DNA of 64,000 bases from Trichosphaerium sp. ATCC 40318 (GCA_038496445.1 JALMLS010000075.1:62001-126000); one strand, 5' to 3'. Positions 26,340 to 40,820 are shown, counted from the first letter of the stretch. The notes: generated by a model not told the origin, from the sequence alone. Made by a program: numbers and translations.

Positions 26340-29300
26340 ATGTCTAAAAGCAAACCACAAGTGTATAAACTGCCTCACTTGCCATCAAACGTACACGGGA
26401 GACAACAATTCTTGTCGCGGGCGACATTACTTCGCACGGGGCAAGTAATTGCTGAGTACAATAAATCAGGGGCTATTGTATGCGCGAATTGCGAGCATAG
26501 CGTCACTCAATTCGATTGTTCTGCCAACAGAACCAACTGGCATGTTTTTTATCCTCGTAACTCGGTGCTTCCTGCGCAAATGGTCATGCTATTTGACGAC
26601 GATTCTTTCCACCTGATAAACTTAGCAACGAAAAAAAGAAAGGTATACAAGCAACCTAAAGGACTCTTACACAAGGCTATATACGCTGTGTGTGATCTAG
26701 CGAAAGTTGTGGTACGTCTAATCAATTTACATTGTTTTATACCACAGAGACGCCTGTATATTTTGTATAATTTTATACGGTGGTTTCAAGCGGTTTTATT
26801 TCGTTTACATTTCAAACGGATTTTTTTTTCTTTTTCCTCCACACCTTTGATTTGTTGTACCACCAAAATCAGCGTTTTAGCTAATTCGGAAGTAGGTAAT
26901 ATTTCGCGATAAGCTACTCATCTTCACAAAAGACGAAGGTTACAAAACGTACACAGAAATACCCTCAAAGGCTCACTCTTCAGTGGCATACGTAAAGTCA
27001 GCCGAACTGATCGAGCAAAGCTCAAAACTCGTCATTATTTGTCCGTCACTTATTGTAGTGTGGGATTTGAATCAAAACAAACTTATCGCTTCTTGCGCAT
27101 CAACAAAAGAATTATCGACGAACGAGACGTTTCTTTTGGGTGGATATCGTCATGGTCTTGTACTTGGTACAACAGTCGATACTACAAAGATTTGGCGTCT
27201 AAATGGTATGTGAACGTGGTCACCGCTTCTTTTTTAGAGTTTGGGCAACAGTGGTAACTTTTCAAAGAACATCTCTTTTACCTTTTTTCTAGACTCTGGA
27301 GATGGCCTAGTTAATCCTAAACCGACACCTATCGACCACGATAATCATATTCTCATCACTGCGTTTTATATTGATTTCCACGTACTTATAACTGGTGACA
27401 ATCGCGGATACTTGACTTTACGCAACAGAGAGACTGGGTTGCCTATCTATAACCTCAATTTGACTAAAAAAACAAAATCTCACTTACACGTACAAGTAAC
27501 AAACATAGAACTCTCTAATCGCATAAGAGATATCAAACGTGTCGGTAGATGGGTTATTGTAATGGCTGAAAGCTCAAGGATATTCGCTTACGATATTTTT
27601 CAAAAGGATCAAAAAGAGCCTTATCTAGAATTGTCTTACGGTCGATCTGATAAGAGTAAACCACACGCATTTTATGTTTCACCTGCTGGAATATTGCAAG
27701 CAGCAACGGAGCGCACTAAGAAAGGAGAAGAGAGTACGGAATATTTATTTTAGCGCCCTACTTGGCATTTTTTATTTTTTTTTTGGAGGTTTGTTTCGAA
27801 ACAAGGAAAAGTCTGAGATTAATTGTGTACTGTTGTTAAAAAATTATTTAAGGTGGCAAGGGCGGTTACAAGGCAAAACCTGAGGTTTGTACTTCGCTTT
27901 CTCAAGTTTTTATTAAATGTTTTTTTGTAGATTTGGTTATGGCGATTACCAAGGCTGGATGGTTTTGAATACTTCTCGTCGTACCCAGACATGAATAAAA
28001 ATGCTGCTGGCGTTTTACTCCAGCTAGCGTCTCACACTCAGAATATTTTGCAATCTGTTGACGCAGGAGACGAAGGTACGTGAATCTGTTGCTTTTTTGC
28101 GCCGCCGATAGTGTTTTTCCTAGTCAAATAGTGACATTATGTACTTAGATATACGTGATTTTGAACAACCTATTGACCGCGCTGTTAAATCACTGCAGCA
28201 AGTACAAGACTTACAAAACTTCCCTTGGACATACATAAGATCTCTATATGTTTGCTTAGAGCAATACCACTCTACACTAGTAAAATACCAGTCAAGGAAC
28301 AGGTTGAAGCGTGTATTTACATCACGTTTACGTGGTAACATTGAAAAAATCAATATTGAATTCCACTCCAAGCTTTCACTTGTACGCTTTTAAAAATCAC
28401 TGGAGAACTGCTTTCCGATTTACTCGTGTTAATTTTTTTTTTGTAGTTTACAAAAGAGGTTGATAGACGCTTAACAAACCAGCTCCGTGCGGTATGATGG
28501 AAATTGAGTCTCTGGTATAATTTTTTGACTTTTTTGTTTAGATCAGGCTTCCTCTTAATGTGAAGATAAATGTAGATGAACACAGTAGGATATCGTCCAA
28601 GGTGGGTGCTTTCTCCATTATGAGCTTTCACCTTTTTTCCTCCTTAATGCTCATGTAATGCGGTAGGAGTGTCAAATTGAAGATCCTGTTGGCAAAGATA
28701 TGTGGCTGCGCCGATTCAACAATGAGGTAAACCAAGAGAACAACTTTTTTTTGTTGGCGCAACTTTAACGCTTTACGTAGTTGATGGCTCCTTGGGATGA
28801 ATTTATAGTAGCACTGCGTGAGGAGACCAAGTGCACTGGCGCTTTCCCTCAACAATACTTGAGAGAAATTTTAGGTAAGCAAGCCTTTCATTACAATACC
28901 GTATCTCTTATTGGATGCCTTTTTTTAGACAAGTTCGCCACTGGGAGTATCAGTCAGTTCAAATTTTCTGCTTTTCTCAGAGGGTTTGGTCCTTTTGAAC
29001 GTTGCATTGATAACGTCAAACAGTTATATAACGCAGAGTACGTTGATCAAGGCTACAGCTGACATTTTTAATTAAAATTTTTTTAGGTGGTTTCATGGTT
29101 ACCTTACTCGTGAAGAAACGACCAAGATACTTGTCGGCCAGAACAAAGGGACTTTCCTCATGCGATTTTCGAATTCCACACCTGGAGCTTTTGCTGTCGG
29201 TTTTATGTATAACGGTGGTGTAACTCAAATTTTGCTAAAGAACCCTGCAGAAAAACCATATGGTGTTGTTATGCCAAGTGCGTTTAAAAGTTTACCGCGT

Positions 29301-29814
29301 AGCGCAACAAACTTACACGCTTTTTTTTTAGTTTCTGGCACAACGCACAAATACTTTGAGCGTGTTTATGACGTCATTGGGCACTACCCTAACTATTTTA
29401 AATGTCAATTCAAATCGAATATCACCAAGCAAAGGTAATCTAGCATGAATCTTGATTTGAAGGTGCTAACGTTTATCTTTAGCTGGTTCTTTGGTGATGT
29501 GTCGCTTGAAGAATCGAAAGAGCTCCTAAAAGATAAACGTCCTGGTGTGTTCTTAATTCGCTTCTCTGGGCGCATAGGAGGTTTCTCATGTGACTGCGTG
29601 TTGCAAACAGGTATGTAATGAAGCGCCAAAATACTTTAAAAAAACAAGTTAACAAACCTCAGGCAAACTCCTGCATACGCGTATACACGTGCAAAACGGC
29701 AAGTTTATACCACAAACAGGCGCAAAAGGGCAAGCGCTATATTTCGATGATCTCAGTGACTTTGTGGAACATTTCAAGCGCGAAGGCCTGTTTACAGAGC
29801 CAGTAGTAATATGA
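26340..29814 (+). CDS. Beta-propeller-like N-terminus + helical bundle + EF-hand-like region + two SH2 domains (Cbl-TKB-like module)
   Basis: WD-like strands (LIVVWDL, TKIWRL, LITGDNRGYL); PWDEF...ISQFKFSAFLRGFGPF; SH2 WFHGYLTREET..L..KGTFLMRFSNS; second SH2 WFFGDVSLEES..LL...GVFLIRFS. Confidence 0.75.
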
Positions 29815-29946
29815 GGTACTTCCGAGTGTCTAAAAATCAAAAAACAACTTGTATCAAATAAAACTTGTAGATTGGCGAGAACCGGTTTTTTATGTTTAAT
29901 ATTACAATACATGCTGTAGGGTATTACAAGCTACTGTGGAATTCAC

Positions 29947-30288
29947 TTATTCAGGCTTTTCAGGACAGATATAGTGCTCGAAAGTCCATAACATCTTCTG
30001 TTGCTTGAAACGTTTCACCTCATCTTCTGAAGCAGTACGTGCTGGTGGACGTGGTGGTAGTGATGATGCCGCTGCCGGTTGGTTTTTCGCGACTAAATTT
30101 GGATTTCCCTCCATTTTGGCAAGCGCGTGCAAACCCTTCGTAGTGAACGCAGGACCTACAGAGAGCCAGGCGTCGTTGTTTAAACGGATAAAGCCCAAGC
30201 TTCCTCCCTTCATCGCTTGTGGTTTCGCTACGTGCATTGGTGCTTGAGCTACGTTGTATGACGATCTTTTTAGTTCTCTAGATAACAT
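29947..30288 (-). CDS. Hypothetical protein, 113 aa
   Basis: Intact, relatively GC-rich ATG-initiated ORF with plausible composition; no family recognised. Confidence 0.45.
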   Translation of the reverse strand: MLSRELKRSSYNVAQAPMHVAKPQAMKGGSLGFIRLNNDAWLSVGPAFTTKGLHALAKMEGNPNLVAKNQPAAASSLPPRPPARTASEDEVKRFKQQKMLWTFEHYICPEKPE

Positions 30289-31395
30289 GATGCGTTCGTG
30301 GTTGTTTTAATTTAGAATAATGCAAAAATAGTGAAATTTCAAACTTAAAGTGGAACTCACATAAGTCTGTATTTTTTTTTAGACCTGTTTGATGGAGGTG
30401 GTTCGCGTTTTCCACAACCTTTACAACATTGTTTTCGGCTTTTCAAATTCTAGCTAGGTAGCACGTGCGAAAAAAAGCGTAATTTCAATGAAATGACAAC
30501 AGCACGACAAGGGTATTTTATCCTTTGTTGGAGAAGCATCTATGTGATACTAATTATACGAGGTCCGAGAGGTTGTTTGAGAGCGCAGCATTTTAGGAAA
30601 CTAAAACGTAGGACTAAAAACAGATTTCGATTTGTGACTGTTTAACGCGTTTCCTCGTTCATAAGAAGTGGTTTGAAGCTTTGCAAAAAGCGTGCATTTA
30701 AATATTTCGCGCCAAACTCTTCAACTAAGAAAATCGCGCTAAAGCGTACAAAAACGTCAATATAAGAAGTGTCACTTACGCTCTTCCAAGTGCGTAATAA
30801 AATTCGTCCAACTCGTAGTGTTGTGCAGTTTTTTAGTGTCGGCATTTGCGGCCAAGCACAAGCAGGGTCCTTTCTCACAATCTCTATTACAAAGTGACTT
30901 TCTAAACAACGAAGCTGGTCGGAGCTACAAAAAAATAAATTCCGTTCCAGCCAGAAATAGATTTCGCTTTATTTAGTGTTTTTCTTAGTTGCACAAAAAA
31001 AGTTCTCAGAAAAACTGTGGTGTATGGCTTTTTATTATAACTTCTTTTTTAATGGCTGTTGCAATCTTGTGTCACCGTTCTAGACAAAACGGTAAGGCAA
31101 GCTTGGGCAAGGGGAAACCTGAAACGTTTGTGGTTTTTCTCACCCCAAATTGTTATAAATATACCACCAAAGCTTCCTTCCTTGACGGCCGGGGTGCTTG
31201 CCCACCCGACAACTGCCGACTCATTTTGTTGGTGATAGGTGAGATAAATCGGTATACTGCCAGATTTCAAAAGTCGCAGATCTTGCCGTACTTACGACGG
31301 CTGTTGAACATAGCGCCCATTTTTCTACAACATAAGCTTTTGCCAAAACCAGGATAAATTCAACTTAAAAAGAGCTTTGTTTTTACAGCTGAGCT

Positions 31396-32622
31396 ATGCA
31401 AGTTGATACTATATTAGCAACATTATCCGACAGCAGAGTTCACTTATCGATTACAAGGCAGTTAGTCTACAACTTCGATTCTTGTTCTCTGAGAGATTTG
31501 GATTTTTCAATATCTCTCGCAGAGAAGACTACGTAAGTGAATTAGGATTGCGCCGTGAGAGACACTAGTGTAGCTGTTGATGAGTAATAAAAAATACAGA
31601 GCTACACATGACATTCTCGTTGTTGGGGATGGAGATTTCTCCTTTAGCAACGGTGAATATACAAAATAGAGCTCTAAATTTCTAATACTTATTTATGTAG
31701 GTCTTGCTTCTACGCTAACACATGCTCGTAATATCACAGCAACTACTTTAGACAATAGTACAGATGTTAGGCGTAAGTATAGAAAGGCTCAGAAGAACAT
31801 AAATACGTTGAAATCAAGAGGTGCATCTGTAATATTTGGCGTGAATGCAACAAGTCTACGGCGAACCATACAGTCAAAAAAGTAAACTATTTTGATTAGA
31901 ATCCGTTTATGAGCTGATTTATGGATATAGGTTTGATTTCATTGTATTCAACTTCCCTCACACTGGTGTACAGATGCCAATATGTTATAACCAACAGCTC
32001 ATATCAGGGTTCTTCTCATCAGCACAAAAACATCTTAAACATGGAGGCGTTATTCACATTACTGTAAAGGTACAGCTATACAAAGCGCCCTCAAATAACG
32101 TCCTATGTTAAACATACATTGTAGGATCACAAAGCTCCGTACAGCCAGTGGGGAGTATGTCGTAGAGCAAAGAAAAGCAACTTGAAAATGACTGGAGTTG
32201 CAAGCTTCAATAGGTATGCATATCCTGGATACGCTCATGTCACCACACGCACTATGCCGATACGATTTGACATAACAGGAGCTAAGACATATCAATTCGA
32301 ACTCAAAAATCCACCTCAACCAACCCCACAGCCAAAACCAGCTCCTATACAAATTTACGTGCCACGGGTGCCTAAAACACCGGAACCAATCCTCACACTG
32401 TCACAACCAGAACCGGCATTGCCTCAACCAAAACCAAACGTAGTGTTACCACCACGTGTTCTACAAAGACCAATTGTGAAGTCACAACCAAAACCAGAGC
32501 CACATGTAGAACTCGAGATATTTACGGAGCCAACACATCAACAAAAACCAGTGTCAGCATTCGAAATGTTTCTACGTGTGATGTGTTGCTGCGTAATTAC
32601 ACCTAGCCAATCACATTTTTAG
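31396..32622 (+). CDS. DUF2431 / BMT5-like 25S rRNA uridine-N3 methyltransferase domain protein with Pro-rich tail
   Basis: ILVVGDGDFSFS, ITATTLD, GVNAT.L, FDFIVFNFPHTG, LISGFFSSA, IHITVK, YPGY. The start may lie further upstream. Confidence 0.85.
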
Positions 32623-32803
32623 AAAAACTAAATACTTGTTCACTCGAAAATAAAGCATATTCCTTTGCTATGTTTTACTGTTGTCCACACAAAACTACTG
32701 TAGGCTATACCACCTTTTTGATTTATTATTATTACAAGTGTTAGAGTTTGTATCGCGGATTTGAAAGAAAGACCTGGCAGGTCTTGAGATTAATCAAAAT
32801 ACT

Positions 32804-34469
32804 CTACAAATCAGCAGTCATTGTTTTCAGCTCCGCGTCAGTATTTACACTGCTAGTTTGTTGTGACGCCTCCTACACATACAATAAACATTTATATAGC
32901 CTTAAAATGTAGCAGACGTACTTCAGTTGTGTTAGCGACACCAGGAAGACGCGGCTTTAAAGGTACAACAGTAATAGTAATACTGATAATAAATGCCATT
33001 TCAATAAATCTAAGAATCATTTGATAACCAACGTAGAATCTTATATACGCGTATTCTGTTTTTGGAGTGAGGATAAACGTTAGTACTATGGCCCAGACAA
33101 TCAGTCCAAAAAAGAAAAAAGTCCCGAGAAACGCAGTACAGAGTAACAAGATGTGAACCTAAAAACGAATTGTAAATGACTAGATTATGTTTGTATTGGA
33201 CTTGCGTTGTGTGCCAACCCTTTTAGAGCCTTAAAAGTGCCCCTTTTGAGTGTTTTATATGTATACCATCCACATCTCATTACTAGAACCCATACTATCG
33301 CTGTATTCAATAGCAAGAACGCCCAAGAAATGAACTGCAGTGTTGACTTTACGTTTCCAGAAGTTCGTCCAATTGAAATTACAAGTACAGTAGATAGCGT
33401 TAAAGTAACTACATTCAACTCGTTAACAACCAATACAATAATATCTTAAGTAGTACCTCCTATCCAGAACCACGAGATCCACAAAATGTAATGGGCTTGT
33501 GCTTTATTTGGATGTGGTTCAAACTGAACCCTTTTTTAAAAAGAATTAATTAAAGGTCACACTTTTGTTTATGTCGTACCAAAGTCGAATAACCAATATG
33601 TACGCTGTGAACAAGGCGAAGTTCCCAAGAGCCCAGAATACTTCTGATATCCATATAGGCATTGCTTTACGCCAATGGAAGGGATCAACCGTTATAAACC
33701 AAGCACGTGCTACCAACCATCAGTCGTATTAAAAAAACCCCGTAAAACTTCTGGAAAGATCCAAGGCTTTGAACTCTTTGAAAAATGAAAAAAACGAAAT
33801 GAGCAACTAATTTAACTGAGTTTAGAGGTGTTGTCGACTTTTCAGTCAATTTTTATAAAGGTGTAATTATACGTAGTAGGCCTACAAACGTTTAATTACT
33901 ACGTAAAAATTATAACGTAATTTGGAAGAAGTCCAACAATCAAAAAAAAATCACGTGAAAGAAAACCATGTCACAAATTACTTCTTTAGCGCCAATTATG
34001 CGCCCGTTTTATGGCATACCAATACTTAGTACCAATATTGATATCCATAATAGCTTTATAGTCAATGTTTTCGTTGTGAGAGGTGACGCAAGGATACCTC
34101 TCTGCTGCATCCTCCATCTTTCATATGATTCAAGTAAGTAATTTTGTGGAAAAAAAGTTAAAGAAAGGTCGGCGTACGAAGTCCATAAAATCAATAATAC
34201 GAAGGGTACACCAACAATTATGACATATGACCAAAGTAACGCATCTTTGAGGGTTAGATATAATAGTATTTCTATGGAAAAAGCATACCAGACGGACCCA
34301 ACTCGCATCTTGTTTAAACAGTAGTATTAGAAACCATTAATTTATACATCAAGATTTTATGACTTCAAAACTCGTACCTAGAACCTGCATAAGCAGGAAA
34401 ACATACGCACTCTGAATCTACGCATGTTCCTACTTGCGAGCAATCAATATTGGTTGTACAATTTGACAT
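32804..34469 (-). CDS. EGF-like domain + multi-pass (THH1/TOM1-like 7TM) membrane protein
   Basis: Spliced N-terminus CTTNIDCSQVGTCVDSECVCFPAYAGSRCE, followed by about 7 hydrophobic helices including ARAWFITVDP..W and F.AY.L...LW. Confidence 0.65.
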
Positions 34470-34782
34470 GTGATGGCTTGAATTCGCGTTTAGTATCTAT
34501 TTTTAAGTACACACAATTTTAAAGTAACTTTTTTGTGAAACAAGACTCAGTGTTTGTTCTAAAACAGTTATAAATATATAGAAGAGAACACCAGAGTACC
34601 TCACTCTTAATCTAGGTGATTTGTCTTTCGTTTTAGCAGTACACCTTCCAACCATGTTGTCCTTTGATTAACGACTGCTTGTTCATATGAAAGAAGAGGT
34701 TCGAGTACGTTTAAGCTGTTTTGTAAGGCTAAGTCTGGCAGTAAGATTCGTTACGGAATATTTCTGATCCGACAAGCTCATT

Positions 34783-37032
34783 ATGAAGCCTATTGTATTA
34801 TTAATAGTATTATGCACATTCTACGCAACAGCCATAATTTTTCCTGATGGCTCTCTCCCTTTTTCTCTTCAAGGGTGTAAATCATCTTTTTCACCACGCC
34901 CATCTATTCCTGTACGTTATAATACATTCACGTACACCCTTTTTTGACATTTCGTCAACAGGTTACTCAAAGAGGCATTCGCTCTAAATTCGTTTCCTAC
35001 TTCAACGATCGCGGTTCGTTGTTAAATTCCACTGATTGTAAATATTTTACTCATTTTAACAACAGTTCCGAATCCTGTGCGTGGCCTAGTGTACCTGGAG
35101 GGCTTAAAACTAGAGTTTCGCCCAGATACTGACACAGAGGTTGATTTTAGACAAGAGTCAAATTTTTAGTACGACAGAACGCTTCAGCTGTATACTAACG
35201 CACTATCAAGTTACCTGACAGGTTCAAATGATCCTGAATTTAACCTTGTAATCGATTTGGAGGATGGAAAATCTACCCTCTTTGTACCAAAACGAGACTC
35301 ATACTACGCTCTGTGGGAAGGTTGTGTTGAGACTCCAGAACAAATTATAAGTCGTTTGGGTGTAGACGAAGTGTAAGTAACTGTATAATCTTGATGCCAA
35401 AGTCACGTGACCTTACAATAGCTTGTAGTTTTTACAACGAAGAGAGACCTACTAAAATTCGCGACATGACCAATAACGGGCAACGTGTCACTTATACTCT
35501 CCCTGGTATGTCCATTTCTCCGTAAACACAGAACCGTAACCCAACACGTTTTAGGTGTAACTGTACCCGGCACAAGCTATGTCAACGGCCAAGACTTGAG
35601 ACCGTAAGCCGTAACTTTTTTTATTTTTATCTTTCTGATTTGTCTTATTACTTTTCAGACACATCCGTGATTGCCGAGCTACTAAGACAAAAGAGGAGCT
35701 TGATTTATTAAAAATTGCTGCTTCTGTCAGCAGGTACAGTATTTTATTTAACAATTTAACAACTAGACTAATTGCTCACTAGTGATGCTCATATTGCTGT
35801 AATGATTGATTCTCAGCCAGGTATTTTCGAATACAATGTTGATAGTTTCTTCAAATACTACTGCGGATCTTGCACGTACGTTTCATGATTTCTGTGTTGT
35901 AATAACTCACTGCACTACCTCTTTTATAGTGCGTTTTTAACAGTAATCTTAGGTTGAGACATCAAGCATACGTGCCTATTGTTGGTAGCGGAAATGCTTC
36001 TGCTATTTTGCATTATAATAGTAACAGACGTCAATTGAAAGATGGTGATTTATTGCTTATTGATGCTGGTGGAGAATACGATGGTTATGCTGCAGATATT
36101 ACGCGTACTTTTCCAATAAACGGAAAGTTTACTCCTGTTCAAAAGGAGATCTACGAAATGGTGCGAAAACCCTTACTTTTTCTTTTGTTTTTTTTCTTCC
36201 AATATTCTTTTTTTGACTTGCTGTTATCACACGTGTAACTACAACTAATTATCTTTTTATCCAGGTGTTAAAAACAGTGCTCGCCGTAGAATCAAGTTTG
36301 AAGCCTGGTACGCCATAGCATATCAAGCAAAATAACTCTTTGCAGGAGTAAGTTGGGGCCAAATGAGCATTTTAGCGCGAAACACCCTAGTAGATGAACT
36401 TTTAGCGGTTCGTACACCAATGACATAATTTCATAAAGACTGATAATTTTTCTAGGCTGGATACCTCAAAGGCACTGCCCAGGAGATAATTTCAAGGGTA
36501 ACCCACTTGACCGTTTTTTAGTGGTTTAATCTAATATCACGTGATTAGAACGTTATTGGGTTATTCTTTCCTCATGGCTTGGGTCATTCGGTTGGATTAG
36601 ATGTACATGATCCTGGAAATGTTAATACAATGCAAGAAGGCATGGTGATGACTGTAGAACCAGGGTTATACTTTAACAAAGTATACGTTGAGGTATTATT
36701 AGCACAGACTTTTTTTTTTTGGTTTGTTTAATGTTGTCCACTGACTTTTGTTCTTAATCTAGATTGGTATGGAAGATCCTAACAAGGCAGAGCTCATAAA
36801 TATCGAAAAAGTTCAACCTCTCCTTGATAATAACTTTGGAGGTAAAAAGACTAAACTTTTTTACTTTGTGGTCTTTTTTTAAACTTCTGTAACGTTTTAT
36901 GTAATTACTAACCAACAACGATCTATAGGTATACGTATTGAAGATGTTGTTGTCATTACAGAAGATGGAGTCGACGTCATTTCAACCGCACCAAAAACTG
37001 TAGAAGATATCGAAAAGCTCATGAACCAATAA
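34783..37032 (+). CDS. Secreted Xaa-Pro aminopeptidase/prolidase (M24B)
   Basis: Signal peptide [11 protein letters not shown]; [80 protein letters not shown]. Confidence 0.92.
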
Positions 37033-37811
37033 ACAGAAACCATTTTTTTACACAACTTTCTATCCATAGAAACAAACTACGAAGAGCAAAAAAAGTATTT
37101 TCTGTAATCATCAACGTGGCATATGCAAGTGGAATTATGTTATTCCAAAAAACACCAAAAGTGGGCATTGTGTTGCTGTAGATTTGTACAATCCAAGTAC
37201 ATATTTTGTTGTTAATAGTTGTTAGAACAACGGAGATATAGGTATGTGAAATTACTCTACATAGATTTGGACTTACTAATAATAAAGACGGAGAAAATAC
37301 TAATTTAGATATTCGTGTATTATCGTTTCTCCTTCTCTTTTCTCCTCCTTGAACGTTCGCCCTACATATCAAAGAGTAGAAAAAACGATAGACGCAAAAC
37401 ACAACCTCGTACAACACCACAAAAATTCGGTAGAAATGTTGCAAATAAAAATAGCATTTTACACACTTGTGTAGATCGAAGAAAAGAAGAAGAATCAGTA
37501 AATAGGAGGACAAGTGTTAAAGAAATACAAGGGTTTGTTTATTATTATTTTAAAAGTTACAAGGTAGGGCGAAAGTGAAATCATCAAAGTACATTATTTA
37601 CATTTTTTCTGTCTTTTTTTGGATATTTCTCCAATAGCCAAGGAGTTTACAAATTGCCGAACTACAAGAAAAGTTCAAGTAATGAACTAAACTTAGTAGC
37701 ACGCGAAACTCCAAAGCAAATTGTGTTTTTTTTTTTTCTGTACAAACACGAAAAAAACAGGCCGAAACCTGAATTACCGCGAGAATTCCAAAACAAAGGA
37801 AGTATGCATTC

Positions 37812-38518
37812 TTAAAATGCTAGCATTGGAGAACCCAATCGTTGACGTAAAGACCTTCTGTGATGTTGTTGTCTTCTTGTAAAAGTCATTTTTGCAACGT
37901 TGACTGGTTTCGTTGTTATATCATACATTCTGAACTTTAAGTATAGTTGAATCATTTGCTTTTCCATTTCATCAGCCTTAGCGTCTAAAATCCAAAATGA
38001 GAAATTAACGGACAAATGCCAAAAAAAACGGTTTTTTGAATCAAGAATGAGCTCAGACGCGGTTTTAAACTGTGTCTGTACGTGACTAGTCACATACAAG
38101 CCCAACAAAACAAAAACGAATTGTAGAATGAAAACCATTCATCAAAAACCACCTTTACGCCGTAAACGATAATATATATCGCTCTTAGCATCTGTAGGAG
38201 GTTTTTGGTAAAGAGTACTACAAAAAAAACGAAGAAAAACCAACGGCGAGAAGTGTAGAGCTGGGTTTTGATAAGGAATAGATGCGTACCAGCGAATTGT
38301 GTGCTCTTTGCAATCATGTAGTGGTGACCAGGTTTTATTTCGTTAATATCTTTCTTTTCTCTGTCTCCAATGTTGTAGATTGTATCAATTTGATCGTAGG
38401 AGATGATATTGAAGTAACTTCTTGTAACGATGAGGTCTTCGAGTTCTTCAACCGTTGAAGGCATATCAATCTTGTTATAAGTCTTGCCGTTGCATGTAAT
38501 AGTAATAGTAGAAGTCAT
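37812..38518 (-). CDS. Hypothetical protein with small N-terminal globular domain and a TM segment
   Basis: ORF segments joinable by GT-AG introns; MTSTITITCNGKTY... followed by a hydrophobic helix. Confidence 0.5.
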
Positions 38519-39381
38519 AGTCGGTTATTGTTTGGAAAGTTCGGCGCAAGAGGTGCTTTGAATGTGATTACTTAAAATACAAGCACGAAAATAAAATTGA
38601 TAAAACAAAAAATTCGGTGAGACTACGCAGGTTTTAAGATTGATTAATCGCTTCTTAAAATACCATCATGCGTAAACAAACACGCGTAGCATGTTTAAAA
38701 CCGATTTTATGAGACATGCCCAAAAAGGCTAAGAAGGTTTTAAAATAATGTAAAACGTACATAAACAACACTGTTTTACACTTTCTGGTTAATAATGAAC
38801 ACAAGCGTTCTATGTTTAGATATGAGACGTCGCTAAAGGTTCAACCAACGAATCTAAATTAGAAACCAACCGACATAGTCCTAAACGCGTTGAAAGGATT
38901 CAATTAGACCATTCAATGCGTAGATGTGTTTGATAAGCTAAAAAAAACGTTTCATTTCAATTTCCAAACGACATTTTTGCCATTATCGGGTGTTATGTAG
39001 GCGTTCAAAATACAGGCATTTTTACAAAGAAAGAATATAGTTTCCTATGACAACAACATTTCAATCTACACTTTTTCAAACTTTACATTCGCCGGAGATT
39101 TGGAGAACACGTGTAAAAATGATCGAAGTGCCATTAACGAGTTCTGTATACTCTTTTTATAATGCACAGAGACTTTTAAAGATTTCGTGTAAGGAAAAAA
39201 CGTAAAACTTCACAGTTCTTTGTCAAACTATTATTAGCAGTTGCTCATTGCGTCTGATTTCCTTTTTAGAATTATCATAGCGCGTATGATACATTACACT
39301 GCAATTTCTATGAGTTTTCTCATTTGGTATTTTGGTGACTCATCTTTTTGCACGAGGCACACCAATTATTGACTACAGGCC

Positions 39382-40585
39382 ATGTCGCTACTAGTTAATG
39401 TATTAAAAACATTGTTTGCTGTACGTACGCTATGGTTTTACAAAAAGTTTTCGCTCGCTTACGTAAAATAGCTATCGTTGGTGACTTTGTGTATATACAG
39501 CGTATACTTTAGACTAGAAAATAAAGTCAGCTGTACTGATAAAGATGGAACCGAAATAGATGGTAAATGCCACGTAACCGCATAAACTAACTTGTTTTTA
39601 GGCCCTCCACCTATTGGTTACGCTTATTGCGCATGGAATTTTGCGTTGTACTGGAAGAGCGATAATAACACTGTTTTTCACATTAAAACACAATATAGTG
39701 GTAACGTAAGCGTTTTAATTGGTTAATTACGCGTATAAAACTAACAAGTCCTCAAGTGGATAGAAGGCATAAAACATGGCCCTGGGACTTTCACATCAGC
39801 ATCTGGTAGCGTATATAAAGGTGAATGGCAAAGAGATAAGCGACATGGAAAGGGAGAAATGGTATTATCGAATAAACACGTGATATCAGGCAAACCAGCA
39901 AAAAGGGAAAAAAGGAAAAACATTTCTTACTTTTTACATTAGGTGAATGGAAGGATGACGTTTTGACGTGTAAAAAGGGCTCTGTTATTATGAGTTTTGT
40001 AGACGAAAGCGGTACTTCTGGAGATGAAATAACGTCTACCGTAAGGTACAATGGCCCTTTGAAGGATGCAGTACTTGATGGAAGCGGTACAGTACTACAC
40101 AAAATGAGCAATACCAAAATTAAAATCGGTATAAAGATCAAACAAAATCAGCTTGAAGTACGCTTTGTAATCCATTAGTATGCTTCCTAACAACCTGATT
40201 ATAGGCAGCAAATATTTTCTTAGCTAATCATGATCCTATTTCAATATCAGACATGGTAACTAACGACATTGTCATCTCAAGTGCAACGTTAAAAATTGAA
40301 GAAACTGATTATATTTTCAAAGACAACAAAATACAAAGTGGAAACTCTACAGATGTGCCACAACGTGTTTTGGATATTCAACGTGTAATACAAGACTATA
40401 ATAAGCTTTGTTCTCATGTATACCGTAATGCATATCACGTGAGATCAGAACCATATCATTTTCCGAGTGATATCGAAAAACAGTTCGAAAAGGTAAAAGA
40501 AACAATGAAGAAAGGTAGCCCAGGTCAACAAAGTTTCGAGAAGCTTGTAAATTCTCCTAGTAGTGCTGATAATACTGAACTGTAA
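39382..40585 (+). CDS. MORN repeat-containing protein
   Basis: WIEGIKHGPGTFTSASGSVYKGEWQRDKRHGKGEM...GEWKDD. Confidence 0.7.
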
Positions 40586-40820
40586 ATAAATAACAAGTAA
40601 TACAACCATCTTTTTTGAAACACGTGGCTCTTTGTAAATACAATGTATTCTTGGGTATTATTTGTTGTGTTGCAGGCGTATATGTGGAAGTCATTATCAC
40701 AAAAGAGTTTGCTTGGAGCTACGAAGTACTTATGTTGGCGAGTCATAGCACATACACCATTTGAATAGCAAATGGTTTAACTAACACTTTTATAAATACT
40801 GGAATATTTAATAACTTGCT

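Noticed and set aside
37019-37578. Overlapping hydrophobic and basic ORFs
   Set aside because: Low-complexity AT-rich sequence with non-ATG starts and no recognisable motif; likely UTR or intergenic.
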